A stretch of DNA of 64,000 nucleotides, taken from NCBI GenBank assembly GCA_051313645.2, contig JBNRSN020000017.1, forward strand, positions 21,762,001-21,826,000, read 5' to 3'. This document shows, one piece after another, positions 60,455-64,000 of this stretch (the first letter of the stretch is position 1; the number at the start of each line of letters is the position of its first letter). The notes beneath the pieces were generated by a model, which was given only the letters and a program-made list of their open reading frames with translations, was not told the origin of the DNA and did no database searches. A program made the position numbers and the translations under genes. This DNA is from Centroscyllium fabricii. Lineage: Eukaryota.

Positions 60455-62480
60455 ATGTGCTAAAGTAAATGTTGGTCCTTTAGAGGATGAGACCAGGAAA
60501 TTAATGGTAGGGGACATGGAGATGGCAAAAGCGCTGAACAAATATTTTGTATCAGTCTTTACAGTAGAGGACACTCAAAATATCCCAACATTGGATAAAC
60601 AGGTGGCTCTAGGGCTGGGGGGGGGGGGGGGGGGGGGGGAGGAGCTAATTACGATTAAAGTCACTAAGGAGGTGGTACTCGGGAAAATTATGGGACTTAA
60701 GGAGGATAAATCCCCTGGACCTGATGGCTTACATCCTAGGGTCTTGAGGGAAGTCGCAGTAGGGATTGTGGATGCGTTGGTAATAATTTTTCAAAACTCT
60801 CTGGACTCGGCAAAGGTTCCGGCAGATTGGAAAACTGCTAACGTAACGCCTTTATTTAAAAAGGGTAATAGACAGAAGGCTGGAAATTATAGACCAGTTA
60901 GCCTAACATCTGTGGTTGGCAAAATGTTAGAATCCATTATTAAGGAAACAGTAACAGGGCATTTGGATAAACATCATTTAATAGGACAAAGTCAGCATGG
61001 TTTTACAAAGGGGAAGTCATGTTTGACAAATTTGCTAGAGTTCTTTGAGGACATAACATACAGGGTGGATAAAGGGGAACCAGTGGATGTGGTGTATTTG
61101 GACTTCCAAAAGGCATTTAACAAGGTGCCCCACAGAAGATTATTACTCAAGATAAAAAATCACAGGGTTGGGGGAAATATTCTGGCATGGGTGGAGGATT
61201 GGCTTTCTAACAGAAAACAGAGTTGGGATAAATGGTTTGTTCTCAGACTGGCAGTCAGGCACTAGTGGTGTTCCGCAAGGGTCGGTGCTGGGACCCCAAC
61301 TCTTTACAATTTATATTAATGATTTGGAAGAAGGGACCAAGTGCAACATATCAAAGTTTGCGGATGACACAAAGATGGGAGGGAGAGTGATGAATGAGGA
61401 CGACATTAAAAACCTGCAAAAGGACATAGATAGGCGAAGTGAGTGGGCAGAGATTTGGCAGATGGAGTATAATACTGGAAAGTGTGAAGTTATGCACTTT
61501 AGCAGGAAAAATAATAGAGCAAGTTATTATCTAAATGGAAAGAAACTGGAAAGTACTTCAGTGCAAAGGGATCTGGGGGTCCTGGTGCAGGAAACACAAA
61601 AAGTTAATATGCAGGTGCAGCACGTGGTCAGGAAGGCCAACGGAATGTTGGCTTTTATTGCTAAGGGGATCGAGTATAAAAGCAAGGAGGTCTTGCTGAA
61701 GTTGTACAGGGTATTGGTGAGACCACACCTGGAATATTGCGTGCAGTTCTGGTATCCATATTTAAGAAAGGACATACTTGCTCTCGAGGCAGTGCAGAGA
61801 AGGTTCACTAGGTTAATTCCGGGGATGAGGGGGCTAACATATGACGAGAGGCTGAGTAGATTGGGCCTCTACTCATTGGAGTTCAGAAGAATGAGAGGCG
61901 ATCTTATTGAAACATATAAGATTGTGAGAGGGCTTGATCGGGTGGATGCGGTGAGGATGATCCCAATGGTGGGTGAAACTAGGACTAGGGGGCATAATCT
62001 TAAAATAAGGGGCTGCCATTTCAAAACTGAGATGAGGAGAAACTTCTTTACTCAGAGGGTGGTGGGGCTGTGGAATTTGTTGCCCCAGAGAGCTGTGGAA
62101 GCTACTACATTGAATAAATGTAAAACAGAGATAGACAGTTTCCTGGAAGTGAAGGGAATTAGGGGTTATGGTGAGCGGGCAGGTAAGTGGACGTGAGGCG
62201 AGGTTCAGATCGGCCATGTGATCTCCTGGACCAGTTTTCGATCGCCTAGATGGGTCGGAGAGGAATTTCCCAGATTTTTTCTCCCAAATTGGCCACTGGG
62301 TTTTTTCATCTGGTTTTTCGCCTCTCCCGGGTGATCACATGGGTTTGGGCGGGATGGAGAGTGAACGTAGATTTGAGGTTAGGATCAGATCAGCCATGAT
62401 CGTGTTGAATGGCGGAGCAGGCTCGAGGGGCCGATTGGCCTACTCCTGCTCCTATTTCTTATGTTCTTGTGTTCTTATGT
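60455..62480 (+). mobile_element. CR1 LINE, 5'-truncated ORF2 RT with one frameshift (about 61220) and an extended 3' UTR
   Basis: ORFs 60432..61265 and 61168..62196 together give the KSPGPDG, NYRPVSLTS, DFQKAF, GVPQGSVLGP and FADD motifs; (TTCTTATG)-like tail. Confidence 0.95.
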
Positions 62481-62719
62481 GAAGAGGGGCACTGATTGTT
62501 GATCTGCTAGCAGAGTCCATGATACTATCAATTCTCTACCAAGTCACTGAATGTAATTAAAAAGGAGATGGATAGATTTCTAGACACAAAAAGCATCAAG
62601 GGGTATGGGGAGAGAGCAGGAATATGGTATTGAGATAGAGGATCAGCCATGATCTTATTGAATGGCGGGGCAGGCTCCTATTTTTCTGTTTCTAATTAGA
62701 TATATATCTCTACTACTAC

Positions 62720-63510
62720 AACTTGCATTTATACAGCACCTTTAATGTAGTGAAATACCCCACGGCGCTTTACAAGTGTTATCAAACAAAATTGGACACC
62801 AAGCCACATAGCGAGATATTAGGAGAGATGAGCAAAAGCTTGGTTAAAGAGGTAGGTTTTATGGGGAATCTTAAAGGAGGAGAGAGTGGTAGCGAGGCAG
62901 AGAGGTTTCGGGAGGGAATTCCAGAGCTTAGGGCCGAGGGAGCTGAAGGCACGACCGCCAAAGGGTGGAGTGAGTAAAATTGGGGTTGCTAAAGAGGTCA
63001 GAATTGGACAAGTGCAGAGATTGCGAAGACTTGTCGGGCCGGAGGAGGCTACAGAGACAGGATGGGGCGAGGCCATGGAGGGATTTAAAAACAAGGATGA
63101 GAATTTTAAAATTGGAGGTGCTGCGGGATCGGGGCCAATGTAGGTCAACAAGCACAGGGTGACGTGTAAACGGGACTTGGTGCGAGTTAGGAAACGGGTG
63201 GCAGAGTTTTGGATGAGCACAAGTTTATGTAGGGTGGAAGATGGGAGGCTGGCCAAGAGCATTGGAATAGGCTAGTCTAGAAGTAACAACGGCATGGATG
63301 AGGGTTTCAGCAGCGAATGAGTTGAGGCAAGGGCGAAGTCGGGTGATGTTACGGAGGCGGAAGTAGGCAGTGTTGGTGATGACGCAGATATGTGGTCAGA
63401 AGTTCATCTCGGAGTCAAATATAACACCAAAGTTATGAACAGTGTGGTTCAGCCTCAGAGGGAGAGGGATGGAGGCAGTGATTGGGGAAGGGAGTATGTG
63501 GCGCGGACCA
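62720..63510 (-). mobile_element. L2 LINE 3' portion
   Basis: LVLIQNSATRFLTRTKSR..FGGRAFSSLGPKLWNSLPKPL..SSFK; tail ATAAATGCAAGTTGT. Confidence 0.8.
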
Positions 63511-63641
63511 CCCAGTTGGCCTTGAAAGTTGCAGTGGATCATCTGTCTCTTCGGAACTTGCGAAAATCTCAAACTTGCAGCCAATTTCAAAGGCGGTATG
63601 ACGGTGTATGCAAATTCACGGCCATCTTTAGTATACTTTAC

Positions 63642-64000
63642 TCAGCAAAGTGATGGAAGGTGTTGTCGACAGTGCTATCAAGCGGCACTTACTCAGCAAT
63701 AACCTGCTAACTGACGCCCAGTTTGGATTCCGCCAGGGCCACTTGGCTCCTGACCTCATCACAGCCTTGGTCCAAACATGGACAAAAGAGCTGAACTAAG
63801 AGGTGAGGTGAGAGTGACTGCCCTTGACATCAAGGCAGCATTTGATCAAGTGTGGCATCAAGGAGCCCTGGCAAAGCCGAAGTCAATGGGAATCAAGGTG
63901 AAAACTCTCCATTGGTTGGAATCATACCGAGCACAAAGGAAGTTGGCTGTGGTTGTTGGAGGTCATTCATCTCAACCACAGGACATCACTGCAGGAGTTC
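63642..64000 (+). mobile_element. LINE RT fragment running off the window
   Basis: SKVMEGVVDSAIKRHLLSNNLLTDAQFGFRQGH..ALDIKAAFDQVWHQGAL. Confidence 0.8.

Overview
Vertebrate genomic DNA, most likely a shark or ray, judging from the HE1/V-SINEs, CR1 LINEs and Deu-type SINEs. The window holds an internal part of one gene, RNF213 (mysterin), on the minus strand. I traced 24 exons with GT-AG boundaries and consistent phases from 58140 down to 371 (6921 nt, 2307 codons, no stop found). They cover the giant AAA+ exon (GETGCGKT/FFDEAN and GKPGSSKS/VLDEIG), the E3-module helical region and the C3HC4 RING; both gene ends lie outside the window. The introns are a dense, nested mosaic of CR1, L2 and Rex1-like LINE pieces, SINEs, TA-flanked pogo/Tigger-like MITEs, 3-bp-TSD Harbinger-like elements, a hAT MITE and two solo LTRs. 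The main observations are: (1) a 1.2-kb insertion stitched from inverted copies of two nearby sequences, creating crossing inverted repeats around RNF213 exons; (2) an HE1 SINE subfamily with a second CR1 tail, with the single-tail form and the donor LINE end both present; (3) a 40-copy stratified minisatellite inside an intact MITE; (4) an NRF1/YY1-like motif module shared across MITE superfamilies; (5) a Penelope-type minimal hammerhead motif. I found no convincing novel protein-coding system. Repeat family names come from pattern recognition, not database searches.
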